A DNA stretch of 64,000 nucleotides, taken from positions 182,583 through 246,582 of the forward strand of contig NW_003314347.1 in NCBI RefSeq assembly GCF_000143415.4, written 5' to 3'. Position 1 is the stretch's first letter. Each line of letters begins with the position of its first letter. Origin of the DNA: Selaginella moellendorffii. Lineage: Eukaryota; Plantae; Lycopodiophyta. The position numbers and the translations under genes are program-made. Below the pieces are notes generated by a model that saw only the letters and a list, made by a program, of their open reading frames with translations, did no database searches and had not been told where the DNA came from. Shown one piece after another: positions 1 through 12,139 of the stretch.

Positions 1-1227
1 TGTTCAAAGAGAAGGCTTTGAACGAAAATCGATGGTTAAAGACTTTCACACTTATGCATGAATCATGTTACGGTGGCCAGATGATTTGCTAAGTGGGATT
101 GGCAAGTCAGGGGAATAAATCCCTTAGTTGAAGGTGCTAACTTCAAAAGGGGTGGCCCATGGGGCCGAGCAAGGAGGAGTCCATGCATGATCACAGACTT
201 GTTAAGTGAGAGGACTTGGCAATGTGGAGGAACTAGGTTCCTAAGTTGTGATCTATAGTGCGCTTTAAGTATATGATGGTGCACTGGCGTGGGGAGTCAC
301 GCCAGGCATCCAGTGTGATGCCATCCGTAGATGCATATACGAAGGTTGGGTTTGAGTCCCGACCCTCTAGTGCTTGGGTTCGAGTCCCAAATCACTAGGG
401 CGTGGTGATGGTTTGGAATATGAGGACACTCATTTTTCAGTGATCATGGACTCTCAGTGAGGAGACTGGTTTGGGCACACTGCCAAGCGGGGGATGCCCC
501 GGAGTTGTGATGCATAGTTAGATTGCTTAGTGTGAAAGCTCAACATATCTAAGTTGAAAACTTTGGTGCAAGTGGCACCAAGGACGTGGTGAATGAGATG
601 GGGACACCCAGTCTCAGTGGCTATGAACCCTTGGCCGGATGGGCTGGCTTGGGTGCACCTCCAAGTGTGGGGGATGCCCCCGAGGTCATGGTCAACAACT
701 TAAAGGTCTAAAAGATCTAGTACTTATTGGCAAACCTATTAAGGTGTTAAGGTTAGATCACTACGTGATCTTATGGCCAAAACAAGGACAAGGTCCTTGT
801 GAGGTTAAGGAATAAAGTTTCAAGTTCAAAGTGTTGATTGGAACTATTGATGATGGTGTGGCTTGGTCAAGGTGACCAAATGAGAAGGACACCTAAGGGA
901 AATGAAATATGTCAATGCGATGGCATAGTGAGTCCAAGAAAAGTAGTCTCAATAAGAGATCCAAGGGAGGGTCTCAAAAGTTGGGCCGTGGATAGAGCCC
1001 ATAGAAAAAAAAAATGTTAAAAAGACGTACTAGAGGTGAACACCCTCTGGACTTGGAAAGCAAAGTCTTTGCTATGGAATCGAAAGGATACCTCGAGAAT
1101 GGAGGTAGGGATCTGATGTTGCTAAGTGCAACAATCAAGGATAAGAGCAAAAGACTAGAGGCTAAGAAAAAAGCCATGGGAATCATGGGAAAGAATCCAA
1201 AACACAAAGTTAGGCCAAAAACGCTAA
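1..1227 (+). mobile_element. Large LTR-type repeat, left part (interrupted by the DNA transposon)
   Basis: Diverged reverse complement of ~59793-61011 (e.g. TGTTCAAAGAGAAGGCTTTGAA at 1 vs TTCAAAGCCCTCTCTTTGAACA at ~60990). No credible ORF. Confidence 0.85.
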
Positions 1228-1254
1228 AAACTCTATTTCGTTAAAGTGGGATTT
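1228..1254 (+). repeat. Left terminal inverted repeat
   Basis: Inverted match to 15301-15327 with 2 mismatches; preceded by CTAA. Confidence 0.9.
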
Positions 1255-2855
1255 ATTCAGTAAAATGGGACTAGGTACAAATTTTCAAGTATTTGAAAAT
1301 GACGTGAAATTATATGTTTTTTGTCCAGGGGCTAGACATATCTGGGGCATGGTGACTAGCGCGGTGACTTTGTGTCCAGACTGAGTCCATCTGGTTGTAT
1401 AATAAATCTCATTGTCAAGGTGAACAAGCCGAATCTGAAGCTAAAGAAGAGCGATGGCTTGTGCGCACACACTATTTGTTTGTTCATTGAGCGTGTGGTG
1501 AGCTTTCCAAGATGAACGTCATTCCTATTAGCCAGACATATAACTTAATGGTGAGAACATTTAGATATTATTCAATGTTATCTTTTTCTAACGAATCTAA
1601 TTGTGAAGGTGTAGCAAGAGGCATTGCTAGTCTGGAGAAGTCATTTAACTCATTTGACCCTTAGTGTATTTTCATGAAACTAAATAACATTCATATTATT
1701 AAGGAATTTCTCTAGTACCTTTTTTTTATGACATAGAGGCTTGCATTTCTTTCAAAGGTGATTTAGTAAAAGGCCTGAGGGCACATGCCATTCTATTTCT
1801 CAGACCGGTATTAAGATATACTAGTGCAAAGGGAAAAAGGTATTCGGTGATCAAGTAAATGGCATGAGGGCACACGCCATTATAAGCCTAAGCGCTAGTG
1901 GACACCTCCTTTTTGGTACTCTTAGCAGTACTATCATCCTTCTCCGGGTCAGTTGTTTTGCTTTGGATTGTTGTCTCTGACGTTACTGGGGCGTTCTCGA
2001 TAGTTGTTAATGTTGCCGTTTGTTCAGAAAAATGATCACCTGGAGTATAGTACGGGGAGTTTGGAAGACTTATATATTCTACATCTTCACCTATCTCCTT
2101 CTCCGTCTCCTTTTCTGCCTCACTTACAGATTTTGTGCTTGCCATGAGAACGGTCTTCACCCTAAAATATGGAGTTCGTTGTGTTATAAAAGGAAACCAA
2201 CACACACGCTGCAAGGGAATGATGGTACATAAAGCACGTAAGCCCACAATATGGGTTTATGTGCCATTAATATGGGCCACATGCCATATTATTAGATTTA
2301 TGCACGTGTGATTGGTAAATGCATATGTCACATCATCTTTGTTTTACCTCACACACTATATCAAGCCTAATGAACCATATCACATGTGCGCACATGCTAT
2401 ATATATGGAGAAGTATTATGCAAGGATAGAAAAATTCAATGCATGATTGTGGAGAGCAATGGCATGAAGCCACATGCTAAATAACATTTTAGAGAAAGAA
2501 TTAAAATAGAAACATGCAAACAGTACTGAGTGCAAGACTTAGAAGTGCACAATTGAATGAGGTATTTCTAATAAATATTTCACTCACCTCATATAGGAAT
2601 GGCTACCACTCTCAAATGGCGTATCGCCTCATGCCATCACCTCGCAATTTGTTATAACAATCCGATGAATTCATATTCGGCTTGTTCACCTTGAACTTTA
2701 AGTAAGATTTGCTAGAACAACTAAGAATTTATACTTGTTATTTGTATCATCTCACCTAGGAATGGCGTAAGGCCACATGCCATCATGCCTCCTCTGATTC
2801 AAATTCGGATTGTTCACCTTGAAATAAAATACATTAGAAACTTAGTAAAGGAATA

Positions 2856-5800
2856 TTAATGAATCTCACCTTGAACCCGGGTTATGAATGCTCTTGCTGC
2901 ATCTCTTGCATGGTCTGGCAAGGTGATGGTGGCACTTTGCTTCCGCATCCAACCATGCACAACATTATCCATCGATATGCTCATGCTGGGATCCCTTGGA
3001 TTCAGCACCCATCTCTTTTCTAGGCAATCCTTCGTATATCCGGAACTTGGCTTGAACCACTCCACAGTTACATTGAAGGAGTTAGTTTCCGCGTCCTCCT
3101 CTGCATCAGTGATGCAACGCCCCACCCATATCATTTATTTTTTATTACTGGGTCTGACAAGCACGACCATTCCTTTGCAGACCTGTACTGGATTGAATGC
3201 TGAATCCGGCTTCTTGTTCCTCGGCCCACAATAGTGATCCTCAACATCGTTATCTGTCACTGCATTTCCAGAGGACATTGTTCCGCTACTATCTGGTGCT
3301 CTGGGTTCTGGCCAAAAGGACTCTTCCAATTCTTCATATACAACCGGCCCATTTTGGATAGCAGATATAATCTTCTCCCAGTATTCGATCAAAGGCTTGC
3401 ACCTCTGAAAATAGGATTCTCCACCAAACACCAACCCCCTCTTCCAGAAGGCAATATGCTGTCTAATCCCGGCCACTATACTTTCCTGGTCTTTGAGTCC
3501 ATCCGGGTGCATCGGCCGTGGGGAACCCTGAGGAATCATAAGTTCACCAGTTATGGGATCTCTCTTGAAGAGTTCAATGCCGTCCACTGGCAGCCACACT
3601 GTGTCCCATTCTCTCATCTTGTACCTCATCACTGGAGCACCGTCACGCATGCTGAAATGAAACTGAAGAGGCTTGGAGTGGCCAATCAGCGTTTCGGATC
3701 CGTCCCTGATGTAGCCTCTTATAAACCCCTTAAAGTCTGGAACCTCTGTCACAAGTGCAGCTTCAACAGTGCCTTTGATGCAATTTTGGAATTCATCGTA
3801 GAGTTGTGGGAGGGTGAGGACATTGGATCGCCGGAGGGACTCTGCCAGGTGACTGAACATGGCATCGACGTCTTCATGAGTGTGCCCAACCATGAGAAAG
3901 CCAAGTGTAACCGTTTCAAATATGCCTTTGGCAACAAGCATCGCCAAGTACGCGAAGACGTACATGTTTTTGTTCTCACTGCCAGCATTGTCTGTTTGGA
4001 GCAGAAGATGGGGTGGAAGGCCACATCGGCCGCAAGAACTTCCTTGAGATTCTGCTTCGTTTGGATGAGGCTGTGCATTCACCGGGCGACCAGCCTCGTC
4101 GGAATGGCATGAGGCCTCACGTGATAACCCTACAATCTGACGGCTAACATATTCACTGGGATGGCATGGGGCCCCACGCGATATTGCAAGCCTTTGCTCC
4201 TCCTCCAGCTGAACCCTATATGGGGTTCGATCGACAAGGGCCTTATGCAAGGGTTGGCCGTTCAGCTCAGTCTGCGCACTTTGCAGAGACTTTAAGTGTT
4301 TTGCTAGGGACGCAATCATCATGTTTGCACCCCCACCACCCCATAGAGGTACAAAGAAGTTCCCATAGTTCTGGGCACCATGCCCATGAGCGATTATGCC
4401 AAACAGAGACACAGGCAGCTGCATGGATGAAGAGATTGCCTTGGGGGCAGGATTGAGTCGAGGTAAGCACGTCTTTTTCTAGTCCATTTTGTCGTGGATG
4501 ATGCAGAGGTAAGAGTCAGGTCTCTCCATGGAGAGAATCCTGTTATGATAATATGCAGTCCTGCAGCTTCTTTGCTCGATGTTGTAGTCGAGCCGCCTTC
4601 TAACCAACGTCTCTCGCTCTTAAGCGATGCAAGAATTCTTCGACAAAGCCATTTTGATAGCAGTGCACTCGTCACACTTTGAAAAGCTGGAGTACTTTCC
4701 TATACTCACATCCCTGAACCTGTTGCTCCACAATCTACTAAATCTAGATTGGCTCAGCTTCCTGTAGCCATTACTCTGGAGTTCCCGATTCACATCTTCC
4801 AATATGGCCCCCTTGGTATACATGGAAGGGAGAACTCGTTGGGTGTCTCGAGTTCCATCTTCCAAGAGGCGGGTTTTATGTGGTTGCTGCTCGCTACATG
4901 TCTCGACAAACCTCTTGAAGATTGCCTCTTCATATACAACATGACCCCTGGTTTTGTGAGTACCGTCGTTCCCATGGACTGCCTGTTGAACCCTTTGTTC
5001 CTCGAACTCAGTTTTGATTCTGTAGAATGTGGTTCGAGGGACTCCATAAATGATTCTCCATGCCTTCATGCAGACCAAACCCCTCTGGAAGACCATGCCC
5101 CCCACCTGATGTTCTGAAGCATCAACAGATGACCGTAATGCCTCATACACAAAATTGCGAGCTGCCTTCCAGGACAATGTCTTGTATCTTGCTCTCTCCT
5201 CTTCAATAGCATCCCAATCAGCATGTTGACAGCACCTCCTCTTGCAACAAGCAACTGTCGAGACCATTCGAACCTCCATCGCCATTTTCTGCCTTTTCGG
5301 TTCGTTGCTCAGATCCCTTTGGCTGCGCTTTAGGAAGGTGTACTTTCTTTTCCCATGAAGAGATGTTCTGTCATCAGTTGTAGTGGTGTTTGATTGTGAA
5401 TCCTTCACATTCTCAAACACTAAGTGCCTCAATTTTCACCGCACAATGCTTCCAATAGTCAGACTGTTTTCTTCTGTGTCAACAACCTCTAAAATCGCAA
5501 CTCCAATATCATCCCAGCCCAATTCTTGATTAGCAACCGCATCTCTTGGATCGACAACTGTGGCTAAGCCCTCAGCTACCACCTCCCCCTCGGGGTTGTT
5601 TAGAAACACTTTTGCCTGAATCCATGTAGCACGGTTCTTAAGATCCACGGAGGGAACATGCGTCGCACTTGCGCTGTCCCCAACATCTGCTTTCTTCTGA
5701 AGATTTTTCAAGGCAACAACAACATTTACCCCGACGACCATCTCTCCTCGTTCAATAGCGACCACATTCCCATCGAAGACAGTCTCTACTGATACAGCAG

Positions 5801-5924
5801 CATTGCCTTCCCCAAGCCTTTCACAGTGTATAACAAAGTTCCGATCCATAGACACAAGGGTCCCTTTTGCAACTCTCTTCCCACCATTCAAAATGTAAAC
5901 CTTTTCCCCAACCCTGAAGGCCAT
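2856..5924 (-). pseudogene. Sola1/DUF7869-type transposase (~1020 codons, one frame, 4 premature stops)
   Basis: ORFs 5436-5924, 4620-5432, 3135-4424 and 2856-3134 share one frame. Motifs: CCKRRC, VCMKAWRIIYGV, FSKCDEC, IIHDKMD*KKTCLP, QTDNAGSENKN, FLMVGHTHEDVDAMFS. The N-terminus has two Tnp1/En-Spm-like repeats (VAxG...LG...V.V..V.D). Confidence 0.85.
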
Positions 5925-6076
5925 TCTGAAAGTGCAGAAAAGAAGTTAAGACCATACAAAAAATGATTGGAGAATGGCCTAAATCATAACATACCAAACA
6001 ACCTCAATAGCATGAGGCCACATGCCATTATTCAAACATGCTATTGACACCCACGTGAAATTTCGCATTCACAAAA

Positions 6077-6289
6077 TTGGCATGAGCCCTCATGCCATTA
6101 GTGGTACCACTAATGGCATGAGGCCTCACGCTATCTTTGGCCCCTGCTAGCCTGTTGCTATATTCCTTTTGCCTTGCTGCAACTGTATATATTTTTGTGT
6201 GCGTGACTAGTCACCCATACAAAAATATATACAATTGCAGCAAGGCAAAAGGAATATGGCAATAGGCTAGCAGGGGCCAAAGATGGCAT
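6077..6289. repeat. Nested palindromes / long hairpin
   Basis: Perfect 28-bp palindrome ATGCCATTAGTGGTACCACTAATGGCAT (6092-6119). A spacerless inverted repeat with ~81-bp arms (6128-6208 / 6209-6289) is centred on GTGACTAGTCAC and runs into the N gap. Confidence 0.9.
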
Positions 6290-6754
6290 NNNNNNNNNNN
6301 NNNNNNNNNNNNNNNNNNNNNNNNNNNNNNNNNNNNNNNNNNNNNNNNNNNNNNNNNNNNNNNNNNNNNNNNNNNNNNNNNNNNNNNNNNNNNNNNNNNN
6401 NNNNNNNNNNNNNNNNNNNNNNNNNNNNNNNNNNNNNNNNNNNNNNNNNNNNNNNNNNNNNNNNNNNNNNNNNNNNNNNNNNNNNNNNNNNNNNNNNNNN
6501 NNNNNNNNNNNNNNNNNNNNNNNNNNNNNNNNNNNNNNNNNNNNNNNNNNNNNNNNNNNNNNNNNNNNNNNNNNNNNNNNNNNNNNNNNNNNNNNNNNNN
6601 NNNNNNNNNNNNNNNNNNNNNNCTCGTAGACGCATAAACCACAGCTAACAACGCCGCTTACACAAGCAGCGCTCACTGCGCTCAGCGGAACCAAGAACAT
6701 GGCGCACAAAAATGATAGACCTAGGAATGAGTTCGAGAATTCAAAAATAACACA

Positions 6755-8648
6755 CGCTTGAACGTCACATCAAATCCTCTGACAAACCAGATCTTATGAT
6801 TCCTCTGACAAATTTCAAACTGAGTAGCTTCTAGACTTTGCTGTCGGATGTTGAACTTTGTCACATCATGTCCTTGCCTCAATCCAGCTGTGCCATGTCA
6901 GTGATTCGAACTTTGCCATGCCATGTCAGCGATCCGCGCCAAAATTATTCGCCGTGTAAAGAAATAATTATGCTGTGTGTGTACGTCCATTTATGGCAAT
7001 ATAAGGCCACACGCCATTCAAAGAATAATGCTAGTCGAGCATTTTTTGGTGCATTTTTGGGTTCAAAATTGCATGAGCCCACACGCTATAAAGTTTACCT
7101 GTACCAAAAATAGAAACAGCTTTATTTACTTAGGAATTTAAGTGGTTGAGGCATTTTTAAACTTACAAACACCCTACTTACATTCCTTTGGTTACTTAAA
7201 ATTCAAAAATATTATAAACCTTTCTTTTTTGCATTTTCAATGTTTTCAATTATGGTTTTTGATTTTTGCAGGACCAGCCTAGTAATCTATTTGCATCCCG
7301 TCATGTTTATAGCTAGCTTTCGTTTGTCCCCTTCGCTAACCTGAGATACATTTGCTCGGCATCTGCCTCTTACAGCATTTGCCCAGAAAGGGCATCTTTC
7401 TTCACGCAGCATTTGCCACATGTTTAGGGTTTAGGGTTTAGGGTTTAGCAATTCAGTAGCTTGATAAACATGCAAATACAGAACTTGATGCAAAATCCTT
7501 TGATATGTCAGGACCATAAACACATTTCAATAGAGAGGGTCCTTTCATTTCATAACTCCTTACGTAGATCTTGGTGAAACCAGAGTTAGTGAAGTTAGTT
7601 TCTTGTGATCTCGCATCTGATTGTGATGTCCCTTTGCAGTGTCGATGGAAAGGTCAATGCACACCAAACTGTAAAATCTTGGAGCAAAATAACAGTCGGA
7701 TCTATGGCAAATGCCCCTGAAACATTGTAAGGCTCGTGTGGTCTCATGTTGTGTCCGATCGAGATGCTTTTTTGCAGGGTCATCAAGAAAGACATTGTAT
7801 ACCATTCTGTAAAATCTAGTTGCGATCTAACGGTTGGATCTCCAGAAAACTCAAAAAAATCTCGTGCGTGTCAAAATATTCTAGGAATATAATCCTATGT
7901 GCCCCTGAAAATGGCATGCGGCCCCACGCCATTCAAGAGATAACGCCAGATGACGCCGAGCATTTTTTGGTGCATTTTTTGGGATCAAAATTGCATGAGC
8001 CCACACGCTTGAACGTCACATCAAATCCTCTGACAAACCAGATTTTATAATTCCTCTGACAAATTTCAAACTGAGTAGCTTCTAGACTTTGCTGTCGGAC
8101 GTTGAACTTTGTTACATCATGTCCTTGCTTCGATCCAGCTGTGCCATGTCAGTGATTCAAACTTTGCCATGCCATGTCAGCGATCCGCGCCAAGATTATT
8201 CGCCGTGTAACTGCTCGGCATCTGCCTCTTACAGCATTTGCCCAGAAAGGGCATCTTTCTTCACGCAGCATTTGCCACATGTTTAGGTTTTAGGGTTTAG
8301 CAATTCAGTAGCTTGATAAACATGCAAATACAGAACTTGATGCAAAATCCTTTGATATGTCAGGACCATAAACACATTTCAATAGAGAGGGTCCTTTCAT
8401 TTCATAACTCCTTACGTAGATCTTGGTGAAACCAGAGTTAGTGAAGTTGGTTTCTTGTGATCCCGTATCTGATTGTGATGTCCCTTTGCAGTGTCGATGG
8501 AAAGGTCAATGCACACCAAACTGTAGAATCTTGGAGCAAAATAACAGTCGGATCTATGGCAAATGCCCCTGAAACATTGTAAGGCTCGTGTGGTGTCCGA
8601 TCGAGATGCTTCTTTGCAGGGTCATCAAGAAGGACATTGTATACCATT
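6755..8648 (+). repeat. Internal rearranged direct duplication within the transposon
   Basis: ~6755-6958 matches ~8004-8209; ~7354-7806 matches ~8212-8647; ~7012-7087 matches ~7925-8008. Confidence 0.85.
7423..7448 (+). repeat. Short plant telomere-type (TTTAGGG)n tract; shorter copy at ~8282-8300
   Basis: TTTAGGGTTTAGGGTTTAGGGTTTAG. Confidence 0.8.
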
Positions 8649-9591
8649 TTTTATTTAGTTGAACATCTGGCATTTTTGGAAATACAAGATGCTTTGGAAT
8701 ATCCAATCATGCATGGTATAAATATAGCGAGGGTATTAAATGATATCCCAATCATGATCTTTCTTTTGGATTTCGCGTGCATGCAATCCGAGGAATGATG
8801 ACGTTGCGGATTTCTTTTGGATTTCACGTGCATGCATGCGCGCGGCGATCCAGAAATTAATGGTGGCGCCCAAGTCCGATGAATGATGACGTGGCGGGAT
8901 TACCAACCGTTGTGACATTTCGCGCGTGTGAGGTTAGGTTTTGCATTTTGCTTCGTACTCGCGCTCGCACACTCGCGCTCGCATCGTGCTCCCACTCGCG
9001 ATCACGCTCACATTCGCGCTCATCTACCTTCTCTACAGGTTTCTCGTGTGCATCGGCGTCCACTCACGCTTGCATCACACTCGCGCTCGCATCGTGCTCG
9101 TGTGCATCGGCGTCCACTTCAGTTTGTAACTTCGCCGCCAACTCCGCCGCCCACTCCGCCACCCACACGCAGCCCACTTGGCGTCCCGGGAGATTTCAGC
9201 GCCACTCTCCAACTGTAAGTGGCAGAGTAGCCTTGCTGCTACGATCCGCTGCACACACAATGCACATTCGCCAGCGAGTCCGGCTCGATTGTCACGCCTC
9301 CATTCGGCTTCAAATGGTAAGTCTTTTAGGCCAAGTAGAAAATGGTATGAAGCCACATGCCATTCAGTAGCAACATTGGCATGCACCGATTGGGCTCTCG
9401 AGTGCAGTCCAGTTACAGATGGCGTGTAGCCTCACGCCATCTTAGGATGCAGCCTCAAGACATCTGATGCAGTGGTGAATGGCGTGTGGCCTCACGTTAT
9501 TTCCAGCTGCTAGCTTTTCATCTGTCAGCTCTAATTGTTGTGCATTTCTGAATAGGCGAGGAATTGCGTTCTTCTTCCAGCCACTGTCAAT

Positions 9592-12120
9592 GTGGATGCA
9601 GAGAAGGGGGAGGAGCTCACCAGTTGGACTTTTGGGATGGAAGGCGAGGATCTGAGGCTGTACAACACAGATGGTGGGAGAAAAGAATGCATGGGGATCC
9701 TCATCCAAGTGACAGACACTCCATGCAGTTCCATGCAAGAATATGGACTGGCACTTGTGGTAGAGACAGCGTCCGCCTTCAAGATCCACCTTGCACATCC
9801 TAGCGGCTTCCCGGAGGGGGGCAGCGGCTATGAGGAATTCCTAGAGGGAGCTAGGGAGAGGTTGTCCAGGAGGCCTACAATTTCAAAGACGCTGCGGGTC
9901 TATGAAGATCACATGGAATCCACGGACCTCACCTACGGCGATGTTCAAAAACTATATTCCAACATTGAGCCGTTGAGAGTGCCTCCAGTTCGCGAAGCGA
10001 AGGGGAAGGGGGTCGATCTGGAAACTACCCCGAAGCAGAAAAGGGTGGTCAAGCTCAAGCCGACGTCCGACTCTCCTGGTCCAAAAAAGAAGCTACTCGG
10101 TGATGCCATTGCCTCGGGTTCGAACACTACACCCACCAAAAGGAAGAGCCGCAAAGAGCAGAAAGAGCAAGAAGAGGCAGCAAAAATCGTCGCAGATAAT
10201 AGTACTTGTTACTATTCCAACAAAGTATATACAATCGACGTGAGCCGTATCGACATCCAAAGCAAATACAACCACATGCTAGTATCTGATGAGTGGGTGG
10301 AGAAACTGAAGCAGAAGATGCTGGCAAGTCCAGTAACACCCGACATCGCAAACGTGATCCCCTACTACCGAACAATGAAGGGCGAGACGAGGTTTCCAGA
10401 CTTGATCAATAGGAAGGTGTTGGACGATCAGAACATTCGGTTCTATGCCGTCTCCGGGCAGCATTCTAGCTTGGCAATGCAAGAGATAGTTGTGGATATT
10501 ATGGTGGGCGATGAGGTGAAGAAAGTCTTCAAGACAAGAGTTGTCTGCCTGATAAAAGGCAACTCGCCCCTCCGATCTATCATATCCATCTCCCACGCGC
10601 AGAATGTCAAGCAAGAAACGTGCTACAAATCGGGTCTGCACGAGACATTGGCACGAACACGAAAGCTCTGGGTTCAACTGAAGAAGCCACAAAAACCAGG
10701 ACAAGGACGTGCACTAGCAACTAGCGCCTGGCAGGTAAGCCTCGTTGCATGTGGCATAGCATGTGGCCTCACGCCATTTCCATTGCAAGAATTCTCGAGT
10801 CTTCTCTCGAAAACACTGGGGGTCAATGACACACTCAGCATCCATAACATTCTACTCGCGACAAAAGTTGTTTTTGACAAATGGGTAAATGTGCTGAGGA
10901 GGTACCATGACGGAGAGTTGCTAAACTCAATGGGTGTGAAGGACGCCAATGATTTGAAGCTCAACGCCTTGCGTTTCTCGTAGTCTCTAGACGACGACGA
11001 CCTTCTGACAGTGGCTAATGCTCTTCTATGTGGTGAGGTAGTCTTCAACAAGACCAAAATGACTCCCGGCCATATTGTGACATATGAGGACTTGTGCACG
11101 ACTCTGAGAGCTCGTGCGCTATTGAAGGATTGGATCTTCGAGCAAGTGGCCGTGGAGAGGGTGAGCATCGAAACCACGCAAGAGATGATGGAAGAGCTGG
11201 AGTTGTCAAATGAAGACATCAACGAGTACGTGAAGGGGGCCCCCAAGTTCATCGATCTGCTGCGGGATGCCACGAAAAGTAAAGCTGAGAAGTTGGATCA
11301 GTATCCAAATTTCATTAAGAGGGATGTCGACCGCCGGCTTCAAAAACAGCTCGACCCCGCAGCAGAGGCCTATCGAGAACCTTACCGGGTATATGTGAAT
11401 TCGGATGAGGATCAAAGGTGGAGGAGCATCGTTTCCCGCGGAGATGAGCAGGTCAAGAACATCTTTTGTGTGATGGACTTCACAAACGAGGAGATCACTC
11501 ATGCAGACGAAGTCAGCTCCATCATTGATTTAATGGTGGGACTTGCGGAGGTGGAATCTTCAGTCCACTATATGATCTACGACTCCGAATCCTATCACAA
11601 GTTCTGGAAGGCCTTGAACGAGGTGAAGGCTCGGTTGAAAGGCAAGGAGATGCAGGAGATCCATAGGATAATGGCTAAGAAGAAGATACCGACGAATGTC
11701 CGCATCTTCACACTCGCCCTTGTTATTGGTCTTGCAGCAGAGTGGGACTGGAGTGACTTCCCAGCTTCGTTCGACAAGGCCGATCGAATTGATCTGAGGG
11801 AGGTCAATTTACCCGTGCCTGAGGAACTGAAGACAGCTATGGAGCTTTCGAATCCAGAGAAAGCTCCAGGTGCAGCATGGGAAATGCTTAGCTGGGTCTT
11901 CAACGCAATAGCGGGTGGGTCACCTGCTTCCGACTCCAAGGGCAAATGCGTTGTCGAGTACAACTGCGGCGGACTATTCTTTCGAGCCGCACTACTCAAG
12001 GGTGTCCCGTGTGATGCGGTGACAAACTCCATTGAAGAGGTGACTTCAATGGAGCATATAATTACAGTTGCCAAAGAAAAACAGTATCTTCTCTGCGAAC
12101 CTGGTGAGTACGCACTTTAA
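9592..12120 (+). pseudogene. Transposon cargo: ParB-like domain plus degenerate N6/N4 DNA-methyltransferase-like domain (one in-frame TAG at 10981)
   Basis: ORFs 9592-10983 and 11011-12120 are in frame. YTIDVSRID..MLVSDEWVEKLKQKM..FYAVSGQHSSLAM resembles the ParB/Srx G.H motif. NPEKA..EMLSWVFNAI..KGKCVVEYNCGGLFFRAALLKGVPCDAV resembles beta-class MTase motifs X/I. Probable short introns upstream (9317-9367) and internally (~10735-10788). Confidence 0.6.
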
Positions 12121-12139
12121 GTTTAAATGTTATCTCACA

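Noticed and set aside
1225-1227. 3-bp TAA TSD (PIF/Harbinger) reading of the element ends
   Set aside because: The TIRs align flush only with a 4-bp CTAA duplication, and the transposase motifs are Sola/DUF7869-like, not Harbinger.
3234-4112. 292-aa plus-strand ORF and similar antisense ORFs over the protease, PPR, IPMS and F-box genes
   Set aside because: Shadow frames of the real genes on the opposite strand.
6158-6709. ORFs spanning the N gap (also 54079-54512)
   Set aside because: Artefacts of translating N runs.
8857-9429. Several overlapping Arg/Ser/Ala-rich ORFs
   Set aside because: They arise from low-complexity CGCTCGCA repeats at the probable promoter or 5' end of the cargo gene; no domain recognised.
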